Translations under genes and position numbers: made by a program | NCBI GenBank assembly: GCA_039621445.1 | Contig: CP154954.1 | Coordinates: forward strand, 47,409,847 to 47,473,846 | Direction: 5' to 3' | Length of the DNA stretch: 64,000 bases | Source: Euglena gracilis | Lineage: Eukaryota | The notes under the pieces: model-generated | The model's database searches: none | Seen by the model: the letters and a program-made list of their open reading frames with translations, nothing else | What the model was told of the DNA's origin: nothing | Shown: piece by piece, positions 31,777 to 42,385 of the stretch | How the letters are laid out: the number at the start of each line of letters is the position of its first letter | Position numbering within the stretch: position 1 is the first letter of the stretch

Positions 31777-32364
31777 ATGAAGTTCTCCGCCATGTGGGTG
31801 AACGACCCTGCCACCAAGACGAAGCCCATGTCGTCCTTCCGGCTGAACCTCCGCGACTCCCTGCAGCCCGCGGGCGTCCTCGCGGACGGGGGGCTCGTGG
31901 GGCAGAGTCTGCGTCTCGACCAGGTGCACGTCCAGTTCCGGCCCTCGGTAGACATCCAGCCCGCCGAGTTCGCCCCGGGGGACTCCGCGGACCGCAACTG
32001 GCGGGCGGAAACCTTCGCGCTGTACGTGCGCACGGATCCCGGGATGCGCTGCGTCCTCTACTCCAGCCCCGCGCTGGGCGACGGGGGGGTGCACCGCAGC
32101 CTCGTGTACAGCACCGCCCTGTTCTGCACGCCGGCCCTCAGCGGGAGCGAGGACTATTGGTGCCGCACCTACCGCCCCCTGCGCGACCTGCCCGTGGCCA
32201 CGGACCTCCTGGCCGGGGGCGACCCCGAGCTGGGCATCCACCTGTTCTGGCCGCTGTTGCAGGGGGGTTCCTCCGTCACCAACAGCCCCACCAACAATTG
32301 GTACGTCCCGGACTACCGCATCCTGCGGGTGCTCTGCGACTTCAGTCTGCGACCTCTCGCCTGA
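31777..32364 (+). CDS. Putative penton (copy 2), 195 aa
   Basis: Paralog of 10438-11019 with a 2-codon insertion. Confidence 0.5.
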   Translation: MKFSAMWVNDPATKTKPMSSFRLNLRDSLQPAGVLADGGLVGQSLRLDQVHVQFRPSVDIQPAEFAPGDSADRNWRAETFALYVRTDPGMRCVLYSSPALGDGGVHRSLVYSTALFCTPALSGSEDYWCRTYRPLRDLPVATDLLAGGDPELGIHLFWPLLQGGSSVTNSPTNNWYVPDYRILRVLCDFSLRPLA

Positions 32365-32399
32365 GTTGTTGGATCTTTTTTTTTGTTTTGTTTTGGCAT

Positions 32400-33116
32400 A
32401 TGGCGGACTACAACCGGGACCCATTGTCGGCGGTGTTCACCGCGGATCTGCTGCAACGGCTGCGCGTCCTGGCGAGCGGCGGCACAACGGGGGGCGGGAC
32501 CGTGGACCTGGGTCCGGTGAACGCGACCGTCGCGACCCTGCAAACCCAGGTGAATCAGTTTGCCACCCAGCAGAGCCAACTCAGCACCAAACTCGGTCAG
32601 CTCAGCAGCCATGTCAGCCAATTTTCCAGCCAGGTGGGTCAGCTCAGCAGCGGTAGCAGCAACCAACCGACCGCCAGCACCGTGAAGGGGTGGATCCTGG
32701 GGGCGGGCCTGACGCGGCCCGTGGCCGTGCTCAGCAGCTCGGCCACCATGGACGCCACCGCGTGGCAGAGCTGGATCATGCTCAACGGCGACCGGGGCAC
32801 CCTGACCCTCGGGGCGCCCACGTCGGGCGGGACGACCTTGGCCCTCGCCAACTTCTGGACGGACCGCGTGCCGAACCAGTTCCCCTTCGCCCCCGCCAAC
32901 TGGGGCAACGACGCCGCGCCCAGCGGGGCGTGGACGCTGATCTGCAACATCGGGGGCAGCGCCTGGAACATCGCCCTGCCGGCGGGGACCTCGGGCAAGA
33001 ACTCCGCGGGGAGCTACATCGGCGGCGCGCAGACGGATTCCCTCGCCCCGGGGAAAATGGCCTTCGTGATGTGCTGGGCCAAGGACATGCCCGGTTTCTT
33101 CTACTGGGCGTTTTAA
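32400..33116 (+). CDS. Fibre/spike-like protein (copy 2)
   Basis: Paralog of 11055-11771. Confidence 0.6.
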   Translation: MADYNRDPLSAVFTADLLQRLRVLASGGTTGGGTVDLGPVNATVATLQTQVNQFATQQSQLSTKLGQLSSHVSQFSSQVGQLSSGSSNQPTASTVKGWILGAGLTRPVAVLSSSATMDATAWQSWIMLNGDRGTLTLGAPTSGGTTLALANFWTDRVPNQFPFAPANWGNDAAPSGAWTLICNIGGSAWNIALPAGTSGKNSAGSYIGGAQTDSLAPGKMAFVMCWAKDMPGFFYWAF

Positions 33117-33120
33117 AAAA

Positions 33121-34059
33121 ATGTACGGCGTTGGATACTTCGTGGACACGGCGGCCATGGACGAGGTGCGGCGTCAGATCGCGCAGCTGCAGACGTCGGT
33201 CACCAGCCTCAGCACGTCGGGGACGGCGCCCCTGGCGGTGGACCTCTCGGCCTACGCCACGACCGCGGCCGTCACCGCGCGGCTGGCGGACTACCTCACG
33301 GCGGCCGCCGCCGCGGCCACCTACGCCACCAAATCCGCCCTGGAGGCGCTGTCGGGCACCGTGACCACGGTGAGCAACAGTCTGGGCGGTTTTCTGACCA
33401 AAACGGAGGCGGCGGCCACCTACGCCACCAAGACCGCCCTGGAGGCATTGTCGGGAACGGTCAGCAATGCACTGGGAAATTTCCTGACCAAAGCGGATGC
33501 CACATCCACCTACGCCACGCAGACCGCCCTGAAGGCGCTCTCGGACACCGTGGCGTCCCTGCCCGCCAACCAGGCGGGTGGGGGGCGCGAAATCCGCATG
33601 GCCTACGGCGTCAATTCCGGTCAGGGTGGATTCGGTGTGCACTGGCGGTTGTTGGAAAACGGCACGGGACTCGTCCACGACAACTCGGGGAGTCCAAATT
33701 TCTCCAACGGGACGAAATCGAGGCTGATCGTGAACGTCCAATGGACGCTCTCGTTCCAACCAACAGGCGACGGATATCGCGCCGCGCTGTTGTACTTCTA
33801 TCCACAAGACACGACCGCATTGCGGAAGGTGGTGGGCTACGCTTACCACTATCATCAACACGACGACGGCAACGGGTCCAGTCTGTCGTCCAACGCTACG
33901 TTTCCGTTGGAACCCGGTGGCGGTTTCCACATCGAGTGCCGGGGCACACTGATCACCAACGCGGATGCCGCCAACCCGTACGTACCGGAGCTTTCATTCT
34001 ACGATCCGATGGCCCGGTACCCGGGAACAATCACCATACTGGCCATGCCAGAGGTGTAA
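33121..34059 (+). CDS. Fibre-like protein with C1q/TNF-like head (copy 2)
   Basis: Protein identical to 11776-12714. Confidence 0.6.
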   Translation: MYGVGYFVDTAAMDEVRRQIAQLQTSVTSLSTSGTAPLAVDLSAYATTAAVTARLADYLTAAAAAATYATKSALEALSGTVTTVSNSLGGFLTKTEAAATYATKTALEALSGTVSNALGNFLTKADATSTYATQTALKALSDTVASLPANQAGGGREIRMAYGVNSGQGGFGVHWRLLENGTGLVHDNSGSPNFSNGTKSRLIVNVQWTLSFQPTGDGYRAALLYFYPQDTTALRKVVGYAYHYHQHDDGNGSSLSSNATFPLEPGGGFHIECRGTLITNADAANPYVPELSFYDPMARYPGTITILAMPEV

Positions 34060-34072
34060 CACAACCCGTTGG

Positions 34073-34350
34073 ATGCAACACCCCACCCAACCAACTGGAA
34101 CACTGGCTGGACGACGCCGCCCAGATGGGCCTGATGCTCTACCGGATGCGGATGGACTCCCGGTGGCAGCAGCGCGTGGTGCACGCCCCCCAGTTGCCCC
34201 CCTACCGACAAAACCCCCCCACCCCCGCCGCCACCGCCGCATCCCCCGCCGCACACCCCGGGTGTTGGATCCTTTTTGTACCGCCCCGCCAACCCACCGC
34301 CCTTGGAGCTCGCCACCGTCCGGTACACCCCCCAACCCGACCTCCGGTGA
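34073..34350 (+). CDS. Small Pro-rich protein (copy 2, frameshifted)
   Basis: Paralog of 12728-13003. Confidence 0.4.
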
Positions 34351-34353
34351 ATC

Positions 34354-34686
34354 ATGTCGATGTCCGCCGCGTTCAACCCCGAAATGATCCCGCTCGGCGA
34401 CCCCGCGGGCGCCGCGGCCACCCGGCCGGGCGGGTGGATCGTCCGCATGGCCGACGAGGCGGCCTACCTGACCATCATGCTGTACATCTCGGACGCCACC
34501 AACTTCACCAGCTTCTTCTACCCCGTGCCGCTGATGATGGCCCGGGACCCGGTGATCGTCCAGTGCCTGCGGTACGGGATGCAGTTCGCCACGCTGAAGG
34601 AGATCCAGCACTGGCTGGAGGCCGTGGGCATCCCCACCCGGCTGTTCGGTCACTACCTGGCCGGCATCACCGAGCGCGTCCTCTGA
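34354..34686 (+). CDS. Hypothetical protein, 110 aa (copy 2)
   Basis: Paralog of 13007-13339. Confidence 0.7.
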   Translation: MSMSAAFNPEMIPLGDPAGAAATRPGGWIVRMADEAAYLTIMLYISDATNFTSFFYPVPLMMARDPVIVQCLRYGMQFATLKEIQHWLEAVGIPTRLFGHYLAGITERVL

Positions 34687-34710
34687 CCGCCACCGCCGTA
34701 GGATACTACG

Positions 34711-35067
34711 ATGGACGTCGACGGACCCGCGGTCCGCAGTGAGCGATTCAAGCCCTACGACGCGACCACCATCCCGTGGAAGCGCCGGGCCAACATCGGC
34801 AACTGGACCGGCGCCCGCCGGCCCCGGTACCCCGTGGTGTGGCGGCCGTACACCAACAACCCGCACCGTCACATCATCGGGGACCGATCGGTCATCACCC
34901 GCATGCACCACACCGGCTATGCCAAGGATGTCATCGGGTCGTTCAACCGGAGCGCGACGCCCCTTCTCCCGCTGTCCGCCCGCTCCGCGTTCGACGGTGC
35001 GCCCAACGTCCTTCGGAGCGTCCCCGCCCTCGGGGGACGACGCCATTGGTTCTTCGACGAGACCTGA
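34711..35067 (+). CDS. Basic hypothetical protein, 118 aa (copy 2)
   Basis: Paralog of 13364-13720. Confidence 0.65.
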   Translation: MDVDGPAVRSERFKPYDATTIPWKRRANIGNWTGARRPRYPVVWRPYTNNPHRHIIGDRSVITRMHHTGYAKDVIGSFNRSATPLLPLSARSAFDGAPNVLRSVPALGGRRHWFFDET

Positions 35068-35471
35068 TGCGCACCACCCCTGGCATCTGACCCGCGCGTG
35101 CTGGCCACGCCCGCAACTGGCTTCGCCGGATGCAGTGGATCCGCGGCACCTACGTCGAACCCTTCCTGTACCGTCGCAGCCAACGCTTCGCCCCGCCGCT
35201 TCCCTGACCCGCTCCGCTGCGTCGCTGTACACTCCGCCCCCGCTCCCCGGACACTCGAGACTGAACCGCCGCCCGTTGGGCACTGAGAGATTCCCCGCCG
35301 TTGCTTCGTGCCTCGTCTCTTCGTGTTAATGGAAGGATGGATGGGTCACAATGGTTTTTAGAGGGGTTTGGGATGGAATTGGGATTGGGATGTCGGGGGA
35401 ATAATATACAAACAAAAAAAAATCAATTTCGCCGTTCTCGCACAGATCTCTTGCGACCAACCCGCCACAGC

Positions 35472-38400
35472 ATGCAACTCATCAAGCGGAACCGCGACAG
35501 CCAGCAGTACCGCGTGGGCGACCTGCGCCTCGGTGCGGGCTCCCAGCTGGTGCAGTTCAGCGTCATGGTCCGCAACGCGCCCTCCGACCCGGCGTCGACC
35601 ACCTCGTGGCGCACGTTCCGGGCCGTGGTGGACGTACCCCCGGGCAGCCCCAACGAGCAGGAGCGGGTGGAGGAGATCATCCGCACCGAGCTCAAAACCA
35701 ACTTCGCCGCCTTCGGGATGTACGCCCGCGACAACCTCCCCGACCTCTACTGCGACCCCGCCACCCAGGAGCCCGTGGCGGTGTGGAACGGCTCGCAGCA
35801 GGTGCTTACCAACGAGGACGTCTTCCGCATCCTCGCCCGCGGCTCCGACGCCGACCGGGACACCATCCTGCGGCGCCAGAAGGACTACTTCTCCCGGCGC
35901 AAGTGCTTCGGCTACCTCGACGACATCCGCCCCAAGCACCGCTCCTTCCGCTACCACATCCAGGGGGTGGACGTGCCGACGCTGATGCGCCTCATCCCCG
36001 ACGAGATCGCGGCCCACGAGTGCAACCGCATGTGCGCCTACGACATGCTGCGGGAGCGCAACCCCCCCTCGGAGCGCGGCCGTGCAATGCCCAATCGGAT
36101 GTTCGAGCCCGCCGTGGTCAACGAGTGGCTGAACGCCAACGGCCACGCCGTGGGGACACTCACCGACGGCCTCTGCCCGGCGGACATCCAGGCGCACGCC
36201 GAGGCCTTCCGCTACGGCCACGCCGCCCTCGACATCACGCGCGGCATCATCCTCCTGCACATCCCGGAGAAGCCCCGCAAGGACTTCCGCACCGTCGCCT
36301 ACACCGTCGTGGGCGATCACGTCATCCCCTTCACGGACAAGGATGTGATCAAAAGCATCATGCACTCGGCCGCCCACCGCCTCGGACGGCGTCGCTTCAC
36401 CGGCTACCACATGATGGATGGACCAGCGGGACTCCACAACGGACACGAGACGGAGACCACGCCCAACCGCCGCAAGCGCATGCGTTCCCTGGACCGCGTC
36501 CTGCACCCGGACACCACCCGGCCTCACAGCGGGACGCGGAGGCAGTCGCCGGACCCGACGCCCCCATCGACTGGGAGGTGGACGAGCGCGAGGACGACTT
36601 CGAGGACGTGCAGTCGGTCCGGTCGGGCGTCGACCGCGTGGGCAACGCCAACAAAAAGACGACGCCCCAGTACCCCCTCGTGACGGACACCGACCGCTTC
36701 CACTTCTTCACCAAGGCTGACGACCAAGCCCTCGTCCGCGCCAAGCTCCGCCCCGACTACCAGGAGGGCCCCCACGCCCACCTGGTCCATTTCTACATCT
36801 GCACCGATGAGCCCGACGTCGAGTTCCTCTACCACTACTGCACCCGCATCCTCGCTTGGGACCCCACCACCGCCGCGCGCAGCTTCAACGGCCAATGCAA
36901 ACAGCTCCGCATCAAGAACGTCATCTGGGTGGCCATCCCGGACATCCACCAACTCCTCAAGCTGCACACCCTCCTCTACCCCAAGGAGCCCTTCCGCCCC
37001 GTGGGCATCGCCTCTTACGCCTGGCGCATGTTGTACAAGGAGCTGTCGCGGATCGGCCGCTTCGGCACCGGTCTCTGGGACTGCCTGTCGCAGTACCCCC
37101 CCAACCTCCAACGCCTCCTCGACAACCACCACCCCTACCACCGCCCCAAGCTCCTCCAGAAGACCTTCCACCCCCCCTACGCCCTCCCCGAGCGGGACGA
37201 CACACCCCCCGCCGAGCTCATCCCCGAGAACCAGCGCCGGCGCGTGGACCTCATCCGCAGCTACACGGCCACCCTCCTCGCCATGCACGCGGACCGCGAC
37301 GAGTTCCCCATCCACGACCTCACCAACCGCGTGGTCCCCTTCGACCCCGTCGAACACGCCGCGATCCCCATCGGACACTACCTCGTCCGCATCCCCTCCG
37401 CCGCCGAGCGGCAAACCCGCGGAACCCACGCCGACTGAGAGCGCCTCCCCTGCTTCGCCCCCGACGCGGAGAAGCGCACCATGAGCCACCGCATGCTCCG
37501 TGCCCTCCTCCACCGCGGCCTCCTCACCCACGCCGACGTGGAGCTCGTGTGCACCACCCACGCCCGCCGTCAGTCCAACTTCGGCGCGGCCCTCGTCACC
37601 GCCTTCGTCAACCTCATCGACACCGTCTACAAACACCCGGGACTCCAGGACCCCGCAGACGCCGCCATCCCCAAGAAGCTCATCAACCAGCTCGTCGGCC
37701 TGTGCAACGGCACCACCGTCCCCTACTCCGGCAACCGCTACGTCTTCCGCAGCCTCGAGGAGATGTACCAGCTCATGCTCCGCGTCTACACCGAGGATCA
37801 GCTGGCCAAGGTCAAGCTGTCCCGCGTCTACGGCCGCGACCCCTACTGGGACCGCACGGAGTACTGCCACTACGAGATGACGACCAGCGGCTGGACCTAC
37901 CGCTCCTTCCACCTGCAGCCCGTCTACAACGTCGTCCTCGAGGACCAGGCCATCCGCATGTTCGACCTCTGTCGGCCCATCCCGCTCAACGCCCTCATCC
38001 AGCTCAACATCGACGCCGTGGAGTACCGCATTCGCCCCGAACACCGCCACGCGGAATGGGTGCGCACCCTGAAACACAATCGCCAGAACATGGACGGCGC
38101 CGACACCCTCACCACGCGGCACCTCCTGGAACAGGGCTTCATCGGCCGCTACAAGTCCGAGGCCATCAAGACCGTCGACAAATGGAAGACCTACTACTAC
38201 AACTACCAACAGGCCCGCACGGACGGACGGATCAAGAAATTCCTCCTCACCGCCCCGGACGCGGCCCCCGAACTCGAGGACCCGGAGTCCCGCGACTGGC
38301 TCGCCTCCTGGCGCTCCACCCTGCGCATCGTCCGTCCGGGGGACGGGGTGCGCGACGGCCGGTACCTGGACGACCTCTGCGGCGAGTGGTTCCGCGAGGC

Positions 38401-40227
38401 CGACACCGAGCGCAGCGGTCTCGTCATCACCGGCCCGGCCGGCACCGGCAAGACCCACCTCCTGCGGCGCCTCCACGACTACGCCGTCCGCCTCTAGTGG
38501 AACGTCGTCCGCACGTCGTTCACCCACGCCGCCTGCGTCGAGTTGGGCTTCGACGCCCTCACCCTCAACAGCCTCTTCGGCCTCGACGGCCGCAACGACC
38601 CCCGCTGCACCATCGTGTACAGCAAGCGCTTCGCCGCCCACCTCCGCCACCTCGAGATCGATCTGTTGATCGTCGACGAGATCTCCATGATCCCCCTCGC
38701 CCTCCTCGAGTGCCTCGTCCTCTTCCACCGCGTCTCCACCCAGACCCGCATCGTCCTCTCGGGCGACTTCCACCAACTGCCCCCCGTCGAGCCCTACGTC
38801 TACGCCCTCCCCTCGGACGACTACAACTACTTCGACAACACCGACATCTTCCCCTACCTCGTCTACGACCGCGTCCGCAACGTCGGCGGTCGATGGGTCC
38901 AGTTGACGGAATGCATGCGCACCGATGACCCCCTCGTCCAGGCCATCTGCGCCAACCCCGCGTGCGTCACCACCACCCTCCGCCCCGAGGACTTCCCCGT
39001 CCGCCCCAACGTCCCCATGTGGCGCTTCCTCTGCCACACCAACCAGACGCGCAAGGCCTGCAACTGGTACTGCATGACGCGCTGGATGGAGCACCACCCC
39101 GATCGCACCGTCTATCCCTTCGACCTCGAGACCGTCTACGTCGACTTCAAGACGTCCCTCAACAACCCCCGCTTCGACGCCGCGCACTTCCGCAAGGAGT
39201 TCCACACCCTCATGGACACCGTACAGCCCGGCGCCTGGCGCAAGCGCAACAACACCAACCAGGAAGCGGTCAAAGATGCGGACGACCCCGCCACGGCGGC
39301 CGACACCACGTGGAATCCGGAGCAGCTCGCCCCGAGGTGGTCGGTCCGGTACCCGACAAGTCGCTGATGAACCCCGGATGGACCCGGCGCGCCCCCCGCC
39401 ACTGGGAGTACCTCCAGAACTTCGTCTACGGCGAGGGCATGGAGGTTGTTAGCCGCAACACCCTCCGCGACCGGAAGCAGCCCGACGGCAGCAACACCCC
39501 CGAGGTCGTCAACAACCGCCGCGCCGTCCTCCAGGCCATCGACCCCGAGAAGCGCACCGTCACACTGCGATGGGTCGACGGCCTCCGGAGAGGCCAACCG
39601 GACGACGACGCGGACACCGCCGACGACGTCGTCCTCACCTTCTTCGACTTCGCCTTCAACTTCACCCCCGGCTTCTGCGTCACCAGCCACATGGCCCAGG
39701 GGGAGACGATCCGCGAGCACTACGGCGTCCTCGACTGGAACCAGATCCGCGCCAACCCCCGCATGGCCTATGTCGCCGTCACCCGCGCCGCCCACCCCGA
39801 CTTCCTCCACATCATCCCCAACTACTACGCCGACCCCTGGGACATCCGCTCCAACGCCCACCTGCCCACCAACGTCCTATGGAAGCTCCACACCGTCCTG
39901 AGCACCGACTCCCTCAACGCCTTCCCGTGGCACCGCATCCTCCTCACCCTCTACCGCGACTGGCTGAAGGACCTCACCGGCACCGACGGCGGCGCCGTCT
40001 TCTGCGCGGAGTGCAACGGGCCGCTGAAGCTGAAGGGCTACATGGACAACGACAACGCCCAGTTCGTCTTCATTAAGGACCCTAACTGGTCCGCTGCGCC
40101 GTCCCCCGATCCTTCCGCTCCCTCCTCCGCCATGCTTCGCATGGTGTGCAAGGCCTGTCACTACGCCATTCTGTTTCCGGACAAGGACCAGGGCAAGGGA
40201 AAGGGCAAGGGCTCCGCTGTACCATGA
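35472..40227 (+). pseudogene. Multidomain replicase: OTU-like protease, pPolB palm, SF1B (Pif1/RecD-like) helicase, C-terminal Zn finger; 2 in-frame stops and 2 frameshifts
   Basis: PolB-like VDLIRSY (A), KKLINQLVG (B), LNIDAV (C). Helicase GPAGTGKT, SFTHAA, IVDEISM, GDFHQLPPV, TSHMAQGET, YVAVTRA. C-terminal CAEC...CKAC. Stops are TGA 37436 and TAG 38495. Frameshifts at ~36519 and ~39300-39365. Confidence 0.85.
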
Positions 40228-40339
40228 GTCTGACCGCCTGCTCGTACTCCTCTCGCACCGGCTTTCAGTGACTTCCCAACCTCTTCTTCGTGCCGCGCGT
40301 CTTCTTCTTCTTTCTTTTTTTTTTCTTCAGCAATAAATC

Positions 40340-40560
40340 AAAAAATTAATTAAAAACAATTAAAAACAATTAAAAATAATTAAAAACAATTAAAAAACAA
40401 CTAAAAGTAATTAAAAACAATTAAAATTTAATTAAAAACAATTAAATTTAATTAAAAACAATTAAAATTTAATTAAAAACAATTAAAATTTAATTAAAAA
40501 CAATTAAAATTTAATTAAAACCAATTAAAAATAATTAAAAACAATCAAATAAAATCAAAA
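40340..40560. repeat. AT-rich tandem repeat (AATTAAAAAC / AATTAAAATTT units) at the right edge of the viral island
   Basis: Read directly. Confidence 0.9.
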
Positions 40561-41901
40561 TTACAAGTTTTTTCCTAATTAATTTCTAATTACATTCAAA
40601 TTACCTTCAAAATTACTCCAAATAACACACAAATCACACAGACAATTCCCAAGTCTCATCGCTCTTTTCCCTCTGCCAAACACCCCAAACAGACAAGGGG
40701 GGGGGGGGGCTTAAAAAATCTCGTTAGGAAAAGAATACCTCGGGCTTCCCGCCTACCTTACCTTACCACTTTCAAAAGCGGCACAAAGCAAGAGCTGGTC
40801 TTACGCCACACAGAAATCTGTGCAACTGACAATCTGCAACGTGGGCAGAAGATAAGTGCCAGGGCGAGGATATTGAGGGATATTATGAAGAACAACATGG
40901 ACTAATCATCCAAGCGAAAGTGGTGCATTCTTATGCGCACGCCATGGACTACATTCCAGCTTGCCTAAGTGGTGAAGACTTGCTTTGAAGGCCTCCGTGT
41001 TGCCTTGATTTCATTCCTGCTCTGCACAAAACGTCACAAGAAAAAGGTGAGTCTTGGAATCAAAAGTACCTTAGAAAACGCTTCGAAATGTAAATGATGG
41101 TGAAATTGGGTTCAGGGGGCTCAGAAAGCCGGCGGAATGGTCGTTGGAATTCGGGGTTAATTTTATGCCGGGATCCTCTGGAGAAGCATCGGACCCTTTG
41201 CCTAACCATTCTGTGCCTTCCTCAAGGCCAAAAAGGGGCCGAAAATAAAAACAAATTATTGAGTGGCGGAGCATTTGGAAGTGATAGACATTCCTTCAAA
41301 ACACCAAACCCCACTGTTTCCGGCTCTCTGGACGACCTGGGGCTCTGGGGCAAAAAAACACTTCCCACCAGGAAATTGAGGATTCCCCGGGCGAATTACA
41401 ACGAAAAACGCTATAGATTTTGTGAGGCAAATTCCTATTTAGTGTGCTAATTCCTAATTTTAGGGCAAATCCTTTTTTTCATGTGTGTATTCCTGATTTT
41501 TAGTGACAAATGCCTAATTTTGGGTGTAAAATACTGAAATTTGAGAGGTAATCCCAAATTGGGTGTGTCGGTACCTAATTTTGAGTGGCAAACTCCTATT
41601 TACAACGGAGAGGCACAATTGTTGGACCCGGTCGGTCATTTTCGTTGGCCCCTGCCAGGCAAAAAATGGGAGAATGGAGGAAATTTCCATAGGGCCCCTG
41701 GAGACATGAATAGTTGACCCTCTGACCCATGAAATTCAGGCAAAGCTAGCTCTCAAAATTTCACAAATGTGGGAAGTGAAGGATCATACAACAACTGCTC
41801 CAAAAGCTGTTCCTCAAAGTCTCGCATTGGAATGCCATCAATCCACATGGATGGCCACACTTTACATTAGCTTCCAAAAATTTTCTCCGACGGCAACTCT
41901 A

Positions 41902-42385
41902 GGAGGCTAGGCACAGTGGGGGGAGGGGGGGGGGGTCCAGGGGGGCGAGCGGGCCGCGCTCGTGCGGCCGCTCGGGGGAAGGACGGGGCGGGGGTCCAGG
42001 GCGCGGCGGCGGCGGCCGCGATCACCATAGGCGGGCGGAACGCATCCTAAAATCGGTGATTTTCGGGTCCAAAAATTGGTCATTTTTTTTGCCATTTTTG
42101 GGCCATTTTTGACCAAAAAAGTGCTTTTTTGGCCGCGCGCAGAGCGCGCGGCCCCCAAATTTGCCATTTTGTGTCCGAAAATGGTCATTTTTGGTCCTTT
42201 TTGGGCCTCAAAAAATCGCGATTTTTTCACCAAAAATTTTTTTCTTGGCTATGCTAGGCACAGTGGGGGGAGGGGGGGTCCAGGGGGGGGGGGGGCGAGC
42301 GGCCTCGCGGGCGGCCGCGCAGGGGCCGCGCAAGGGGGGGGGAGGGGGGGTCCCGGACCCCCCCGAGCGGCGCGCCTAGCCTCCC
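41902..42385. mobile_element. MITE with TIR GGAGGCTAGGC/GCCTAGCCTCC and TA target duplication
   Basis: TA at 41900-01 and 42386-87. An empty paralogous site is present in inverted orientation at ~55345-55395. Confidence 0.75.

Larger units (their letters stand above)
16900..40330. mobile_element. Endogenous Polinton-like virus, copy 2 (~23 kb, apparently complete gene set, boundaries approximate)
   Basis: Sharp GC-rich island between AT-rich flanks. Contains ATPase, MCP, penton-like, fibre-like genes and the full pPolB-SF1 helicase fusion. Confidence 0.85.

Noticed and set aside
1-37066. Pure assembly duplication of one element
   Set aside because: The copies differ by clustered synonymous substitutions and in-frame indels that sequencing error would not produce. 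A haplotype misjoin remains possible.
37436-38497. General alternative genetic code (TGA=Trp or TAG=Gln)
   Set aside because: TGA, TAA and TAG all terminate other element genes at sensible positions, and other long ORFs contain no internal stops.
35472-40227. Helitron Rep-helicase
   Set aside because: The helicase is Pif1-like, but I found no HUH/Y2 Rep motifs. PolB palm motifs precede the helicase instead.
1-40330. Bacterial prophage or contaminant contig
   Set aside because: No Shine-Dalgarno pattern and no terminase, portal or tail genes. The F-box and PLV-type replicase and the eukaryotic TE-rich flanks argue for a eukaryotic endogenous virus.
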